Source of the DNA: an uncultured bacterium
Lineage (GTDB): Bacteria > SAR324 > NAC60-12
Reading direction: 5' to 3'
NCBI GenBank assembly: GCA_964010765.1
Contig: CAXGMD010000001.1
Span: 1 to 64,000 of the forward strand
Length of the DNA stretch: 64,000 nt
Shown here: one piece after another, positions 39,676 to 51,674 of the stretch
Layout: each line of letters starts with the position of its first letter
Position numbering within the stretch: position 1 is the stretch's first letter
Made by a program: the position numbers and the translations under genes
The notes under the pieces: generated by a model
What the model was told of the DNA's origin: nothing
What the model saw: the letters and a program-made list of their open reading frames with translations, nothing else
Database searches by the model: none

Positions 39676-40359
39676 CTAACGAATTTGTCTAAGAAGATCC
39701 TCAGCTTCTTGCTGAAAAGGAGAGTCTTTCATCTCAGAAAGTTTGCTCAGATAACCGGTGGCTTCTTCCTTTTTGTTCTGGTTCAAACTGATGCGGGCAA
39801 GATTGCGTAAGCGCAAATCATCCCAACGGGCATTATCGAGCTGTAGTAGATATTTGCGCGCCTCGTCAATTTTACCCTGAGCCTCCATTACAGCTGACAA
39901 GTTAAGTCGGGCCATGTTTCTTGAAAAATCTGGAACCTCATTTCCAAGAATAATCTCCTTCAGTTTTTTTTCAGCTTCCCCCCAGTTTTTCAGTCGGCTC
40001 TGTGCTTCAGCAACTTGTAATTGACTAACAATCCTCATGGACGCGGTGTTTGCTTGTTCTAGATAATGAGTGAGAGCTTTGACCTCTTGTTCAGGTCTCT
40101 TTTGCAAAGCAGCTTTTACCGCGGCTTGCTGAGAAGCGTAGAACAGATTGGCTTCGGTCTCCATTTGCAGGCGTTGTTGCTCCTGCCAATACCAAACCCC
40201 AATACCAATTGCCGCAACGGTCAGTCCCCCTGCGATGTATCTTTGGCGTTGTCTATAGATCCGATCAGCCATAAGAAACATGAATTGCTGAAAACGATCT
40301 GGCTTGTTGAGGTTCAAATCATCTGCTGAATGATTAAGAGAATTGTTTTGCTTGGACAT
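39676..40359 (-). CDS. TPR membrane protein (YfgM-like)
   Basis: Single N-terminal TM followed by TPR-like helices. Confidence 0.7.
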   Translation of the reverse strand: MSKQNNSLNHSADDLNLNKPDRFQQFMFLMADRIYRQRQRYIAGGLTVAAIGIGVWYWQEQQRLQMETEANLFYASQQAAVKAALQKRPEQEVKALTHYLEQANTASMRIVSQLQVAEAQSRLKNWGEAEKKLKEIILGNEVPDFSRNMARLNLSAVMEAQGKIDEARKYLLQLDNARWDDLRLRNLARISLNQNKKEEATGYLSKLSEMKDSPFQQEAEDLLRQIR

Positions 40360-40563
40360 TGGTGAAGATATTTTTGAAATGGATGCTCATGCTTTTTGCA
40401 TGAATATGTGCTGAAAAATCCATGCCTGAGCTGATTAAAAGTCAAGCCTCTTATACTGAGACCATCTGTCGATTAGTGCAAGCTCAAAGGATGGCTTGTT
40501 TGCTGCAAAGCTTTGAACCCAATCTATCAACTCACAACCAGTTTGCCACAAGGAATCCCCACC

Positions 40564-41010
40564 ATGAATGGCATTTGGAATCGCTGCCCAACAATATTTA
40601 ATCGACTATTCTTAGCATTCACAATCGCTTTATTCTTGGGCGGTATGGGTGGAGGAGATGAAAATCTCACTGGTGGGTTGCCTCTCCCTGAAAAAAACTT
40701 TGTTGTCGGTATCACTGATCGAACGGGGATGCAGACCGAATCCTCACGCTTAACTTGGGAGGGTAAAGTCCATTTTAGAGGGAAATACGGTGAGGCCACA
40801 GTAAACGTTCCTTTCGCAAAAATAAGCCAAGTCGACTTTAGACCAGCAAACACAGGAACTTCTTCCTATACAGTTGCGACAGTGACGCTGAACTCAGGAC
40901 AACAATTGGACCTGTCTCTAGAGAACCAGTCAAACGTGTATGCAGAAACCCCTTTTGGTGAACTGGAAATCAGTGTAGCCGATCTCCGTCAGTTGGATTT
41001 CTCCGAATGA
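40564..41010 (+). CDS. Hypothetical exported beta-rich protein
   Basis: Signal-like segment followed by an internally duplicated beta motif (GKYGEATVNVPF / ETPFGELEISV). Start uncertain: 40513 TTG or 40564 ATG. Confidence 0.65.
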   Translation: MNGIWNRCPTIFNRLFLAFTIALFLGGMGGGDENLTGGLPLPEKNFVVGITDRTGMQTESSRLTWEGKVHFRGKYGEATVNVPFAKISQVDFRPANTGTSSYTVATVTLNSGQQLDLSLENQSNVYAETPFGELEISVADLRQLDFSE

Positions 41011-42260
41011 ATCTTGTCCGCATCATCGTTGTTATCAGTTTAATTCTCGGCTCTGTGAGCCATGCCCTTTCACAATCAAACTTTTTCCAAGAAGACCTGT
41101 TCAATCTGGAATCTGATGTGATGAGTGGTTTCAGTGACGACGGTCGAATGAAAGTTTTGATGCTGACTCTAGCACCTTATGGGATGACCGAAACGGCAGC
41201 AGGTGAAATTAGTAAGGCTCTACAATTAAGTATCTTCAACACAAATCATTTCACAGTAGTTGGCCCATCTGAATGGAACGCTCAAATTCGTGAGAGAGAT
41301 CCAAGTCTTGCAGATTGTAATGATATTGCCTGTGGAGTTTTGGTTGGAAAGCTGTTCCGTGCTGATAAGGTTCTTGTTGGATCTATCCGAAATACTTCTA
41401 TTTTAGAGGTAGATGGAGAGACCCAGGGTTTTCAGATGGATGTTCGATTAGTTGATGTGCTGACTAATGTGACAGATTACACCGATCAGATATTATTTAC
41501 TGACGCCCAGATGCATGAAGAATTTTTCATGCTTGCCCAGCGACTCTCAAAAAATACAGAGTTGCAGGGATATGTGACGAGCCTTACGAACAGCAGTATT
41601 GTGGTAGATTTAGGAGTGGAGCATGGTTTGGAGATGGGAGCTCAATTGGTGATTTTTCGCCGAGAAGCAGACCTATTGAGTTCTGGAGATTCAGAGGTGC
41701 CAAAAGAAACCAATATTGCGATTGCACGTGTTCATCGGATTAGTCAGGGCCGGGCGAATGCGATAATTGTCCAACAAATCGAGCTAGTTCGGGAGGGAGA
41801 TTTCGTAAAGACTTATCTAGATGTCAGTAAGCAGATTAAGTTGATTTCAGACACCAGGCGTGAGTTAGATACACAGAAAAGATTAGAGCCTCCTCAAGAG
41901 GAATTTCCGCTTCAGCCTGAATTAGTAATCACGGATAGAGATCTATGGCTTCAACGTTTGCAAATTGCTGCGGCGGAGGAAGAGCGATGGATGATAGCTA
42001 CAGTTGGGACTGGAGCAGGAACACTACTACTTCTCAGTGGGCGTTTGGAATTGGCACAACAATCAGAAGGGGTTGGTCAATTGCTTCCTTGGATCGTGGG
42101 TGCTGCCTTTGGGTATAGTGGATATCAGTACATTCAAGCAAGGAATCTAGTGAGTGAAATTAAAGCTGAGGGAGAAATCAAAGGTTTTGTCAGCAATTGG
42201 CAGTTTCAGTGGAATTTAGATAAAAATCAGCCAAATCTTGTTTTCAACTACAATTTCTGA
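41007..42260 (+). CDS. Exported protein with CsgG/TolB-N-like and FlgT-C-like regions
   Basis: Signal peptide; C.DIAC...VGKL..ADKVLVGSI; IVVDLG..HGL..G..L.IFR; ends in an aromatic strand (LVFNYNF). Confidence 0.6.
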   Translation: MNLVRIIVVISLILGSVSHALSQSNFFQEDLFNLESDVMSGFSDDGRMKVLMLTLAPYGMTETAAGEISKALQLSIFNTNHFTVVGPSEWNAQIRERDPSLADCNDIACGVLVGKLFRADKVLVGSIRNTSILEVDGETQGFQMDVRLVDVLTNVTDYTDQILFTDAQMHEEFFMLAQRLSKNTELQGYVTSLTNSSIVVDLGVEHGLEMGAQLVIFRREADLLSSGDSEVPKETNIAIARVHRISQGRANAIIVQQIELVREGDFVKTYLDVSKQIKLISDTRRELDTQKRLEPPQEEFPLQPELVITDRDLWLQRLQIAAAEEERWMIATVGTGAGTLLLLSGRLELAQQSEGVGQLLPWIVGAAFGYSGYQYIQARNLVSEIKAEGEIKGFVSNWQFQWNLDKNQPNLVFNYNF

Positions 42261-42361
42261 AAATCTCGATTACTGAAGGAATTTAAAATTATTGTCATAG
42301 TCTTCGCAGATTTTATTTTCATTGGCAGTTACACTTAGATCAAATTACATCAAAATCTTCC

Positions 42362-42748
42362 ATGCCAGATTTATCTGCTACAGAATATCCCACATTTTTT
42401 CAGAATCTCTCTCAAAGAGTTCAGGCTGAGGAAGTTTCATCGCTGCATGTCCTTGGCGAAGATTTCTTTAGCCTAGTCGATATTTTCAGTCAGCAACTCT
42501 TTGAGGAATTCCAGGGAGATCTGCTACTGTTGGAGATGGAACCAGAATCGTTCCTTTGGGAGCTTCAAGTACTGACCAATCAATTTCTTCGCAAATCGAT
42601 TGATTCCCCCCTTCAATTACGTCCCTTCTGCCGACAACTGCGACAACAAATGCAGAATCCTACCTTCGCTGATGAAATCTGCTCGATGCTGAAGAAAAAC
42701 TATCAGGATCATTTCTATCAGGTACCTCAGTCGCAACTCCTCGTTTGA
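42362..42748 (+). CDS. Hypothetical protein
   Basis: 128-aa ORF directly upstream of the DUF368 gene. Confidence 0.6.
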   Translation: MPDLSATEYPTFFQNLSQRVQAEEVSSLHVLGEDFFSLVDIFSQQLFEEFQGDLLLLEMEPESFLWELQVLTNQFLRKSIDSPLQLRPFCRQLRQQMQNPTFADEICSMLKKNYQDHFYQVPQSQLLV

Positions 42749-42752
42749 CCTA

Positions 42753-43736
42753 ATGCCAGAACCCAAAACTGAATCTGAAGCGGAGTTGACCTGGGCACAG
42801 GCATGGAACAATGCGCCTGGTCCAAAATCAATGAGAGAGGCTCTCACTCTCTTTGGGAAGGGACTCGCGATGGGAACTGCAGACATCATCCCTGGAGTCT
42901 CAGGTGGCACGATCGCTTTCATTACTGGCATTTACCATCATCTCCTCTCAGCTATTTCCTCCATTAATTTGAGTTCAATCTGGCTTGGTTTACAGGGTAA
43001 ATTCAAAGAGGCCCTCGTCGAAATTCATCTGAGATTTCTAATTGTCCTCTTCGGTGGAATTTTTGTCGCTATTTTGTCAACTGCTCGCTTGATGCACTTT
43101 CTGCTGGCTAATTATCCTGTAGAAATTTGGTCATTATTCTTTGGGTTAGTGTTAGCCTCAATTTGGTACGTTGGCCGAGCAATTCCTAGCTGGAATGTAG
43201 CAGCTTTACTGACTACCACGGCGGGTGGACTTTTCGCTTACCAAGTTGTTGGGCTCATACCAATTCAAACCCCAAACTCGCCTCAGTTCTTATTTTTTTG
43301 TGGGTTAATTGCAATTTGTGCGATGATTCTTCCCGGGTTGAGTGGCTCATTCCTATTGTTGATTCTTGGCAAATATCAGTTTATCACGGGTGCCCTACGT
43401 TCCCCGTTTGATGATGGGCATTTAGAAGCATTGTTGGTTTTTACAGCAGGATGTCTTATTGGAATTCTGGGTTTCAGCAGGATATTGAAATTCTGCTTAC
43501 AGCGCTTTGAGCAGATAACGATGTGCTTATTGACTGGTCTAATGATCGGAGCAATGAGAAAGGTTTGGCCCTGGAAAGTAGTTATCGAGAGCGAACTGAT
43601 TAACGGAAAAGAATACGTTGTCCGTGAAGAAAATATCTTACCTGTATTGGATGCTAGTCTCTTTATGCCCTTGGTAATGTTTTTCCTTGGAATGAGCGCT
43701 GTGATTATTTTGGAACAGACAGCTCGTCAGCGATAA
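42753..43736 (+). CDS. DUF368 protein (undecaprenyl-phosphate recycling family)
   Basis: GLAMGTADIIPGVSGGTIAFITGIY and AMILPGLSGSFLLLILG motifs. Confidence 0.93.
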   Translation: MPEPKTESEAELTWAQAWNNAPGPKSMREALTLFGKGLAMGTADIIPGVSGGTIAFITGIYHHLLSAISSINLSSIWLGLQGKFKEALVEIHLRFLIVLFGGIFVAILSTARLMHFLLANYPVEIWSLFFGLVLASIWYVGRAIPSWNVAALLTTTAGGLFAYQVVGLIPIQTPNSPQFLFFCGLIAICAMILPGLSGSFLLLILGKYQFITGALRSPFDDGHLEALLVFTAGCLIGILGFSRILKFCLQRFEQITMCLLTGLMIGAMRKVWPWKVVIESELINGKEYVVREENILPVLDASLFMPLVMFFLGMSAVIILEQTARQR

Positions 43737-44241
43737 CAATTCTTCCAACAGATCCCCGCAGACATCGTTCGCCATTCACCCAAGTGGCTTCCTGAAAATT
43801 CACTCCTGCTAATTCAAGAGGACGCTGAGAAAACTGATCAATATCAGACCCCTCAAGGTTGCTTCCCCAGAAGTTGGCTTGAAGCAGCTGCGCTCCCTCC
43901 CAAGTGGTTCTTCTGAAATCAGCGAATTTTGCCCAAGCCTTTTTTAAACAGGAGTGTCTGAGGGAAGCACCAACAAGGTAAGCCCCCCAGAGGTTGGCTC
44001 GGTGCAAGTTTGAAAAGTCCAGATTCGCATTTTGAAAATTAGCACCTTGGAGGTTTGCTTTCTCAAGATTGGCTTGCTGTAGATTTACCTCGGTAAAATC
44101 TGCACCACGTAAATCCTGCTGCCTTAAATCATTTCCACTTAGGTCCATTCCTTTAAAATTTGCTTGCATGCCTAAGTTGCCTTTGGAATTCAACCATTCT
44201 TGGTGGGTTTGTAATACGACCTGAATTTCCTCAAGAGACAT
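43705..44241 (-). CDS. Pentapeptide-repeat protein
   Basis: HQEWL...G..ANF followed by A(N/D)Lxx repeats. Confidence 0.9.
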   Translation of the reverse strand: MSLEEIQVVLQTHQEWLNSKGNLGMQANFKGMDLSGNDLRQQDLRGADFTEVNLQQANLEKANLQGANFQNANLDFSNLHRANLWGAYLVGASLRHSCLKKAWAKFADFRRTTWEGAQLLQANFWGSNLEGSDIDQFSQRPLELAGVNFQEATWVNGERCLRGSVGRIVIADELSVPK

Positions 44242-44695
44242 CGACAGCCTCTTTACGTTTTTGTAGTGACTTTTTTTGTTGTTCCTTTGCCTGCTGACTT
44301 AAACATGCTTCTGGATGATGAATATTTTTTTCAAAGCAATTCCTGCGAATACTGTTCAGCCAGAGTGATTGTTCTCGTTTAGGTACCATTGCCAGAGTCA
44401 CAAGAGCTTCAAGGCGAGGGCCTTCTCCCATAGCGAGTTCTTCTGCAATCAATGGGTGCTCCTGCTGAATAAATTTATCCAGTGCTGCTCCCATAAACTC
44501 TTCTTTGGTCATCGTGGAGGAGCTTGTGCTGCTGCTGCTATACCAGGAACTCAACCCCATTCCTTTTTTCATGCCGGGAGGAGCCTCCATGTGAACTCCT
44601 ACACCAAATCCAAAACGAGTATTCCGATTGCCACAACCGATTAGCAGGAAGCAGCTCAGAAAAATCAAAGGCAGATAAAATCTTCGAAGATTCAT
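44231..44695 (-). CDS. Putative lipoprotein with a DUF3015-like segment
   Basis: Lipobox LLIGC, Ser-rich linker and ELAMGEGPRLEAL motif. Confidence 0.6.
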   Translation of the reverse strand: MNLRRFYLPLIFLSCFLLIGCGNRNTRFGFGVGVHMEAPPGMKKGMGLSSWYSSSSTSSSTMTKEEFMGAALDKFIQQEHPLIAEELAMGEGPRLEALVTLAMVPKREQSLWLNSIRRNCFEKNIHHPEACLSQQAKEQQKKSLQKRKEAVDVS

Positions 44696-44930
44696 CTTTG
44701 GGATTTTGCTTTAGATGTTGATAAGCATTTTCCTTGGTTGAGGAGAAATTAATTAGTAGCTTTTGTGCAAAAGCAAACCGATCTCAAGTCAACCAATTTG
44801 AAATCGCCAGAGAAGGTGGCTTGAACATAGACCAAGCCCCCAAAAATCAGAAGATAGAGCAAAAGCCTCACAAAGAAACGTAAACGGGCACCAGTGTTCG
44901 TTGTTTCAACCTCAACCGACTTCATAGCAA

Positions 44931-46697
44931 TTAAGCGGCTTTTGATGGAGTTTTTGATTTCTTCTTGGGCATGTACAGATCAGTGATGGTTCCTTCAAAA
45001 GCTTCTGCAGCCATGGCAAATGTTTCTGAGAGCGTTGGATGTGGATGAATGGTTGATCCGATATCAGAAGCGTCACAGCCCATCTCGATTGCCAAAGCAC
45101 CTTCCGCAATTAAATCTCCAGCATTGGGCCCCACGATAGCGACTCCTAGAATTTGATCGGTATGCTCATCAAAAATGACTTTCGTCATCCCTTCATCCCG
45201 CCCAAGGGCGAGAGATCGACCACTAGCAGCCCAGGGAAAAATTCCTTTGCCATAAGCAATCCCGTCAGACTTAGCTTGTTCTTCGGTTAATCCAACCCAA
45301 GCTACTTCAGGATCTGTGTAAGCCACTGAAGGAATCACACGCGCATCAAAATGAGATTTCATACCTGCGCAAACTTCGGCAGCCACTTTACCTTCGTGGG
45401 TCGCTTTGTGTGCGAGCATTGGTTGGCCAACAATATCGCCAATCGCAAAGATGTGAGGCACGTTAGTTTTCATTTGAGAATCTGTAGAAATGAATCCACG
45501 CTCATCAACAGCTACTCCCGCTTTGTCAGCACTGATTTTAAGGCCGTTCGGGACCCGACCAACAGAACTGAGAATTAAATCATAGAGCTGTGGCTCGGCA
45601 GGTGCCAATTTGCCTTCAAAAGTTACTAATAATCCTGCCTCAGATGCATCAACTTTGGTGACTCGGGTTTCCAACCAAATATTCTCATAGCGTTTACTGA
45701 TCCACTTTTCGTAGGGTCGCACAACGTCTCGGTCTGCTCCCATCATGAGTCCCTTCATCATCTCAACAACCGTTATTTCTGCACCCAACGCATGATAGAC
45801 TGTGGCCATCTCTAAACCAATGATACCTCCTCCGATTACGAGCATCTTTTTTGGTCGACTTCGTAATTCAAGGGCACCGGTTGAATCAACAATTCTTGGA
45901 TCATCGGGCAAGAATGGTAAGGAGACCGGCACCGATCCAGTTGCTATGATGGCTTTTTCAAATTTGATCGTCTTGGAACCGCCATCTTCACTTGCAACGC
46001 GAATATGAAATGGATCTAAAAACTCTCCATATCCTTCAACGACTCTGACCTTCCGCTGCTTGGACATTCCAGTCAAACCACCAACAAGTTTCCCAACAAT
46101 GCTATCCTTCCAGGAGCGTAGGGAGTCTATATCAATCTCAGGTGTTCCAAACTTGATCCCATGACTTGACATGGATTGGGCTTCCTCAATCACCTTTGCA
46201 GCATGAAGCAGTGCCTTTGAGGGAATGCAGCCTACGTTTAGACAAACTCCTCCAATTTTTCCTTTTTCAATCAAAATGGTGTCTAGTCCTAAGTCTGCTG
46301 CTCGGAAAGCTGCAGTGTACCCTCCAGGACCAGACCCCAAAACAACAACTTGTGCTTCAAGATCTGCTTTTCCTGAGTGAGTTGCTGCTTGAGGTGGTTC
46401 TTGCACAACGGAAGTAGTTTCCGGTGGTTTCTCAATAGTGTTCTTGCCCTCCGTTATAGATGCTGCTTCCATTTTGAGGATTGAGCTGCCCTCAGAAACC
46501 CGATCACCTACTTTCACCAGTAACTCTGAAACCACTCCTGCTTGAGGTGCGGGTACATCCATCGTGGCCTTGTCTGATTCAAGCATGATCATACTAGTCT
46601 CGGCCTCAACAGAATCCCCAGGTTTCACGAGGATCTCAATAATTTCCACATCCTGAAAATCGCCGATATCTGGGACACGGACTTCAATCACACTCAT
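44931..46697 (-). CDS. lpdA: Dihydrolipoamide dehydrogenase with an N-terminal lipoyl domain
   Basis: Lipoyl domain ([11 protein letters not shown]), [13 protein letters not shown] and IHPHPTLSE motifs. Confidence 0.97.
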   Translation of the reverse strand: MSVIEVRVPDIGDFQDVEIIEILVKPGDSVEAETSMIMLESDKATMDVPAPQAGVVSELLVKVGDRVSEGSSILKMEAASITEGKNTIEKPPETTSVVQEPPQAATHSGKADLEAQVVVLGSGPGGYTAAFRAADLGLDTILIEKGKIGGVCLNVGCIPSKALLHAAKVIEEAQSMSSHGIKFGTPEIDIDSLRSWKDSIVGKLVGGLTGMSKQRKVRVVEGYGEFLDPFHIRVASEDGGSKTIKFEKAIIATGSVPVSLPFLPDDPRIVDSTGALELRSRPKKMLVIGGGIIGLEMATVYHALGAEITVVEMMKGLMMGADRDVVRPYEKWISKRYENIWLETRVTKVDASEAGLLVTFEGKLAPAEPQLYDLILSSVGRVPNGLKISADKAGVAVDERGFISTDSQMKTNVPHIFAIGDIVGQPMLAHKATHEGKVAAEVCAGMKSHFDARVIPSVAYTDPEVAWVGLTEEQAKSDGIAYGKGIFPWAASGRSLALGRDEGMTKVIFDEHTDQILGVAIVGPNAGDLIAEGALAIEMGCDASDIGSTIHPHPTLSETFAMAAEAFEGTITDLYMPKKKSKTPSKAA

Positions 46698-46832
46698 GGT
46701 CAAGCTCCGAATGGGTGGAACAAACTAGCAAGTTCTGGTTTCCAAAAATTCTGCTATCGGGTATGACATAGCCTTCACGGAGAAGCAAGTGACACATCTC
46801 CAGCAACTTAGAACCCTAGAAAGTAAATCGCC

Positions 46833-48053
46833 ATGCTTAGAATCATAAGATCTTTCCCGCCTTTGGGTTGGGTTCTGATAATTATCGTATTATTGATTGG
46901 TTGTACTTCGAGCACCACAACGGAGAACCCTAGACCCGTTTCAATAGCGGAGATTAATGCATTGAAGCTCGAATCGAGTCCTGATCTTGAGGCTTTACAG
47001 CGAGCACTGGGGCATTCTATTGAATATTATGAGCGGTTACCGACAGATCAACGATTTCAATATGGAAGTTTTGGGTATTCACCTGAGGAGATGATTGCTT
47101 CTCATCAGCACTTTTTGAGGATTCTTGATTTGCCTGAGGTGGAAAGACTTGAAAAACTTCAGCAAGATTTTTTGTGGTTCGAAAGTCTGAATGAGAAGAA
47201 TCAGGCTTTCTTTACTGGTTACTATGAACCTCTCTTGAAAGGTAGCTTGAATGAGTCAGAAAAATTTCCGGTCCCTTTATATGGAGTGCCTAGCGATCTG
47301 GTGACCGTCAATTTGAGAAACTTTAATGAGAAGTACGGTAATGGGATTTTACGTGGGAAAATCGTAGATCAAAAATTTGTCAAATATGATGATCGTGATG
47401 AGATTTCCTATCAGAATTCCCTTCAAGGTCGTGCCACTCCATTAGCTTGGGTAAACAATGACATTGAGCTGTTTTTCTTACAAATTCAGGGTTCTGGTGT
47501 GATTGAGTTGCCGAACGAAGTTCTTTATCGAGTTAACTACGCTGATCAAAATGGTCATCCTTACCGGGCTATTGGTAAAATATTACTTGGGGAAATCCCT
47601 AGGGAAAAAATGTCTTTGAAAGCACTGAAAGAATACCTTTATGATCACCCAGAGCGAGTGCAGGAAATCCTAAACTACAATCCCAGCTATACTTTTTTTC
47701 GACATATTCCCGGAGACGGTCCCTTGGGAAATATTGAAGTACCACTAACACCTGAACGCTCCATCGCAATGGATCATCGACTTGTGCCAAAGGGAGGATT
47801 GGTCTTCTACGAAACAAATCTGCCCTCAGAGATCTCACCTTCAGAGGAAATACTACAAAGATTCGCAGTTGTTCAGGATACAGGGGGGGCAATCAGAGGC
47901 CATGGAAGGGCAGATATTTTCTGGGGGAGAGGAACCCCCGCTGAAAAGATAGCAGGACCAATGAAAGAAAATGGCAGGATTTTCCTGCTGGTAGCACGTA
48001 AGGAAGTGTTGAATGCAGAGAGCGGGATATCAACTACAGTGGCAAAGAAGTGA
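46833..48053 (+). CDS. mltA: Membrane-bound lytic transglycosylase A
   Basis: Lipobox LLIGC; FTGYYEP, FFLQIQGSG, NPSYTFF and QDTGGAIRG..RADIFWG motifs. Confidence 0.93.
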   Translation: MLRIIRSFPPLGWVLIIIVLLIGCTSSTTTENPRPVSIAEINALKLESSPDLEALQRALGHSIEYYERLPTDQRFQYGSFGYSPEEMIASHQHFLRILDLPEVERLEKLQQDFLWFESLNEKNQAFFTGYYEPLLKGSLNESEKFPVPLYGVPSDLVTVNLRNFNEKYGNGILRGKIVDQKFVKYDDRDEISYQNSLQGRATPLAWVNNDIELFFLQIQGSGVIELPNEVLYRVNYADQNGHPYRAIGKILLGEIPREKMSLKALKEYLYDHPERVQEILNYNPSYTFFRHIPGDGPLGNIEVPLTPERSIAMDHRLVPKGGLVFYETNLPSEISPSEEILQRFAVVQDTGGAIRGHGRADIFWGRGTPAEKIAGPMKENGRIFLLVARKEVLNAESGISTTVAKK

Positions 48054-48072
48054 TCGAATGAAAGGGGGAGTT

Positions 48073-48485
48073 ATGGTAACTCAATTTGAAATTGATGAGG
48101 GCATGTTAAATCATGCAGTTGAAAGCTTGCTTGGAAAAATCAGAACCAATCTAGATATCTCAATGCAAGTCTTGGAAGCAGTCCGCAATGAGCAGAGTGT
48201 TCAATTGAGGAATACCATGCAGGAAAATCAGAATAAGTCTATGTCATCACTGTCCGCAACTGGTCAACCAAAGATGATTTGGACGGAACTGATTCAACAA
48301 TCTGGAGAAAAAATTTCAGAGCGTTTCTGGAATTTCAGCTTCACACTTATCTCATGATGGAGTTGTCCTGGAGGCTACCAATGTTTTGCATGCTATCTCC
48401 AGAGGATTTTATTCGAGAAGTCCGCAAAATTCTTCCTTATGAGCAGGAGTTGGAAAAACGATTGGAAGGCGCCCCAAGGAGCTAA
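48073..48485 (+). pseudogene. Hypothetical gene apparently split by a 1-nt frameshift
   Basis: GGGGGAG RBS with ATG 48073, open to 48357. The -1 frame is open from 48237 to 48485 without a good start and reads like the protein's C-terminus. Confidence 0.5.
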
Positions 48486-48493
48486 CGAACAAC

Positions 48494-50005
48494 TCATTGA
48501 TCATCGGTGAGTTGCCAGAGAGTCAGATTGCGGTCAGAGTGCCGCATTCGATGTTGGAGCAGAGTTGTGAGGTATTTGTTGCAGACAGAAAGGTAAGCAG
48601 GATTTTCAGCAAGATTGGTAGTTTCATGCGGATCATTTTTCAAATCGAACAGTAGCGGAGGATGCTTGGCAAAATGAACATATTTGAAATCATCATCTCT
48701 CCATAGACAAAGTTGTTGATTTTCGAACCGCCTATCCTCGTCTCGCTCTACATGCCTCTGGGGCAGTGAACGCCAATCAAATTCACAAAACACCCCTGTT
48801 TTCCAGTCCTCAAGTCTTTCAGCCTGCAAATTAGGTAGTAAACTTCTACCATCCATCGCCAATGGAATCTCCTGGTCTAACCAAGCCAAAATCGTTGGTG
48901 TGATGTCAACATGTTCACTGAAGGCCGAAATGGTGATGCCATGACTGGCTGGGATTTTGGGATTCCGTAGGATCAGTGGAATATGCCATGATGAGTCGAA
49001 ACAGCCTCCCTTTCCCCACAAATGATGGTCGCCTAACTGCTCTCCGTGATCACTTGTGAAAATGATCAAAGTATCGTCCCACTGTCCTGTTTCTTTCAAT
49101 AAATCAAAAATCTTCCCAAGATTTTTATCAACCTCTGTGATCAACCCTAAGTAAACCGCTTTGGTACGGAGGATATCTTCATCACAAAGCCGAAGCATAT
49201 TTGCCTGGCTCCCAAAGTAATCCACTGAATCAATTTTTTGCTGCCAAAGTTCTAACAAAGGATGCATTGCCGCATCGCCCAAAACTGAGTTGCCTCTCTG
49301 TGGAAGAGGTAACTCTCTCCAATCATAAAGACGATTATAGGGCGCAGGTGCAATCAAGGGAGGATGTGGTCTCAATAGGGACAGATGAATGAACCAATCC
49401 TCGTTCCGATGATTGCGGATCGTATGGCAGGCATGATGGGTAAGGTAAGCAGTATCAGAATGCTCTGCAGCATAAAATGCAGGTTCGTCACAGAATCGGC
49501 CTTCCGTAATTTTCTCTGGAGAATGATGAAAGACTGATTCTGATGGATCTGGTCTTTCGTAGCCCTGATCCTCAAGCCAATCTAGCCAGCCCTCCAAATA
49601 CCCAAGGTTGAAATCAACAACCGATTTGAATCCGGGTAAAATACTTTCAAATGTGTCTAAACTAGGATCCTTGGCAGGGGCGCGTCTGGGATCCACCGAG
49701 GTGTCACTGTACCCGTAAAGTAAAGGCTCAATCCCAGCCTTGCGCACTTCCAAAGCGAGGTTGGTATGCCTGCGGTCAAGGGGAGTCCCATTGGTCACCG
49801 ATCGGTGATTACAAGCATAGAGCCCAGTGTGTAGCGATGCTCTTGAAGGGCCACAAGGAATTGCGTTCGTGAAGTGTTTGAGAAAGAGAGAACTCTCTGC
49901 TGCGAGGCCATCCAGATTTGGAGTTGGTTTGAGGGGATGCCCTGTACATCCAAGATGGTCGAACCGGAACTGATCAGCTGTGATCAGCAGAACCTTACGA
50001 GGCAT
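48494..50005 (-). CDS. Sulfatase-superfamily hydrolase, phosphonate monoester hydrolase (PMH)-like
   Basis: [62 protein letters not shown]. Confidence 0.85.
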   Translation of the reverse strand: MPRKVLLITADQFRFDHLGCTGHPLKPTPNLDGLAAESSLFLKHFTNAIPCGPSRASLHTGLYACNHRSVTNGTPLDRRHTNLALEVRKAGIEPLLYGYSDTSVDPRRAPAKDPSLDTFESILPGFKSVVDFNLGYLEGWLDWLEDQGYERPDPSESVFHHSPEKITEGRFCDEPAFYAAEHSDTAYLTHHACHTIRNHRNEDWFIHLSLLRPHPPLIAPAPYNRLYDWRELPLPQRGNSVLGDAAMHPLLELWQQKIDSVDYFGSQANMLRLCDEDILRTKAVYLGLITEVDKNLGKIFDLLKETGQWDDTLIIFTSDHGEQLGDHHLWGKGGCFDSSWHIPLILRNPKIPASHGITISAFSEHVDITPTILAWLDQEIPLAMDGRSLLPNLQAERLEDWKTGVFCEFDWRSLPQRHVERDEDRRFENQQLCLWRDDDFKYVHFAKHPPLLFDLKNDPHETTNLAENPAYLSVCNKYLTTLLQHRMRHSDRNLTLWQLTDDQ

Positions 50006-51674
50006 TGATTCCTCCCAAGTTATCGAGAGTTGGAATGGCAGAAATCAGGTTCCGTGTGTAGTCTTCTTTTGGTTCGAGAAAAATTTGCTCCACAGGGCCT
50101 TGCTCCACAATTTTGCCATGTTGCATGACGATCACTTGTTCGCAAAGGTTCGCGATTACACTGAGATCATGAGAGATGAAAAGAATTGTCAGGCCCAGTT
50201 CTTTCTGTAGTTCCTTCATGAGGTCAAGAATTTCAGCCTGGATTGATACGTCTAGTGCGGCAACAGCTTCATCTGCGACAATGAAGGAGGGACGACAAAT
50301 CAGCGCTCTGGCAATAGAGATCCGTTGTCTTTGCCCGCCTGAGAAAGCGTGGGGGAAACGTCTGAGATGCTCCAGGTCCAGTCGGCAACGTGTTGCAATT
50401 TCACGAACTCGCAAATCAGTTTCATTACGATTTTGTGTCAACTGCATGGCCTCCAAAGGTTCTGCGATAATATCTCTGACGGTCAAGCGTGGATTCAAAG
50501 AACCATACGGGTCTTGAAAAACCATTTGAGCATGTTGACGAAAAGCTTTTAGCGATGAGCCACTCAGGCCATTCAGATCAAATTTGTCATCCTTGAACTG
50601 ATAAATGATACTTCCTGTTTGGAAAGGAATGGCCTTTAGCAGAGCTCTTCCCAAACTGGTTTTTCCAGATCCACTTTCTCCTACAAGACCAATAATCTTT
50701 CCAGTTGGAATCTCAAAATTAGCTGCTGAAACAGCTGTAAAACTGCTCCGTTTTAGCAATCCAGCACTGCTTTCGTAAACAATATCCAGATCTTTTACCT
50801 TCACGAGAGAACTCGGAGGTTTCTGCACACTCGATTTCGTTGCTCCCTCACGTTTTAACTGTAGTTTTTTGAGACTAGGGACTGCTGCCAGCAAGCGCTT
50901 TGTGTATTTGTGAGATGGGGTCAGGAGTGTTTTTTGAACGGATCCTTCCTCTATAATCTGACCAGATTGCATGACACAAAGATCATCGGCCACTTTTCCA
51001 ATGACACCCAGATCATGTGTGATGAAAAGCATTGCCATTCCGAACCGCTGCCTAAGTTCAAGCAATAGGTCGAGTACTTGAGCTTGGATAGTTACATCAA
51101 GTGCCGTAGTGGGTTCATCAGCAATTAAAAGTCTGGGCTTGGTAGAGAGCGCTGTAGCAATCATAACCCGCTGGCGCATTCCTCCTGACAATTCATGAAC
51201 ATACTGGCGCAATCGCCGCTCTGGTTCGGTTAATCCAACTTGCCCAAGCCAATGAATAGCTTCTTGCTCCGCCTCGTGTTTGCCGAATCCAAGATGAAGT
51301 TGAATCGTTTCCACCATCTGCTTGCCAAGCGAAATTGCTGGAGCAAAACTGGCCATTGGCTCTTGGAAGATCATGGAGATGAGCCCACCCCTGAGCTGTC
51401 TCAAGGCTTTGGGGGATCGCAACTGCAAAACCGGAACGCTCTGTCCGCTATTGTAGAGATTGATTTGTGAGGGTGAGCGATAGATTGCGTTGTTACTATT
51501 CAGCTGCATGAGGCTTTTGGCAGTAACGGATTTGCCAGAACCACTCTCTCCCACCAAGCCAAGTACCTGACCGGCTTCAATATGAAAGCTGACGTTCTTG
51601 ACTGCTGTGAACCAGCCCTCTTCGGTCTTGAAGTCAACCTGCAAATGTTTCACATCAACAAGACGTTCGCTCAT
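49995..51674 (-). CDS. ABC transporter ATP-binding protein (fused OppD/OppF type)
   Basis: Two GESGSGK Walker A motifs; LSGGMRQR and FSGGQRQR signatures. Confidence 0.95.
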   Translation of the reverse strand: MSERLVDVKHLQVDFKTEEGWFTAVKNVSFHIEAGQVLGLVGESGSGKSVTAKSLMQLNSNNAIYRSPSQINLYNSGQSVPVLQLRSPKALRQLRGGLISMIFQEPMASFAPAISLGKQMVETIQLHLGFGKHEAEQEAIHWLGQVGLTEPERRLRQYVHELSGGMRQRVMIATALSTKPRLLIADEPTTALDVTIQAQVLDLLLELRQRFGMAMLFITHDLGVIGKVADDLCVMQSGQIIEEGSVQKTLLTPSHKYTKRLLAAVPSLKKLQLKREGATKSSVQKPPSSLVKVKDLDIVYESSAGLLKRSSFTAVSAANFEIPTGKIIGLVGESGSGKTSLGRALLKAIPFQTGSIIYQFKDDKFDLNGLSGSSLKAFRQHAQMVFQDPYGSLNPRLTVRDIIAEPLEAMQLTQNRNETDLRVREIATRCRLDLEHLRRFPHAFSGGQRQRISIARALICRPSFIVADEAVAALDVSIQAEILDLMKELQKELGLTILFISHDLSVIANLCEQVIVMQHGKIVEQGPVEQIFLEPKEDYTRNLISAIPTLDNLGGINAS

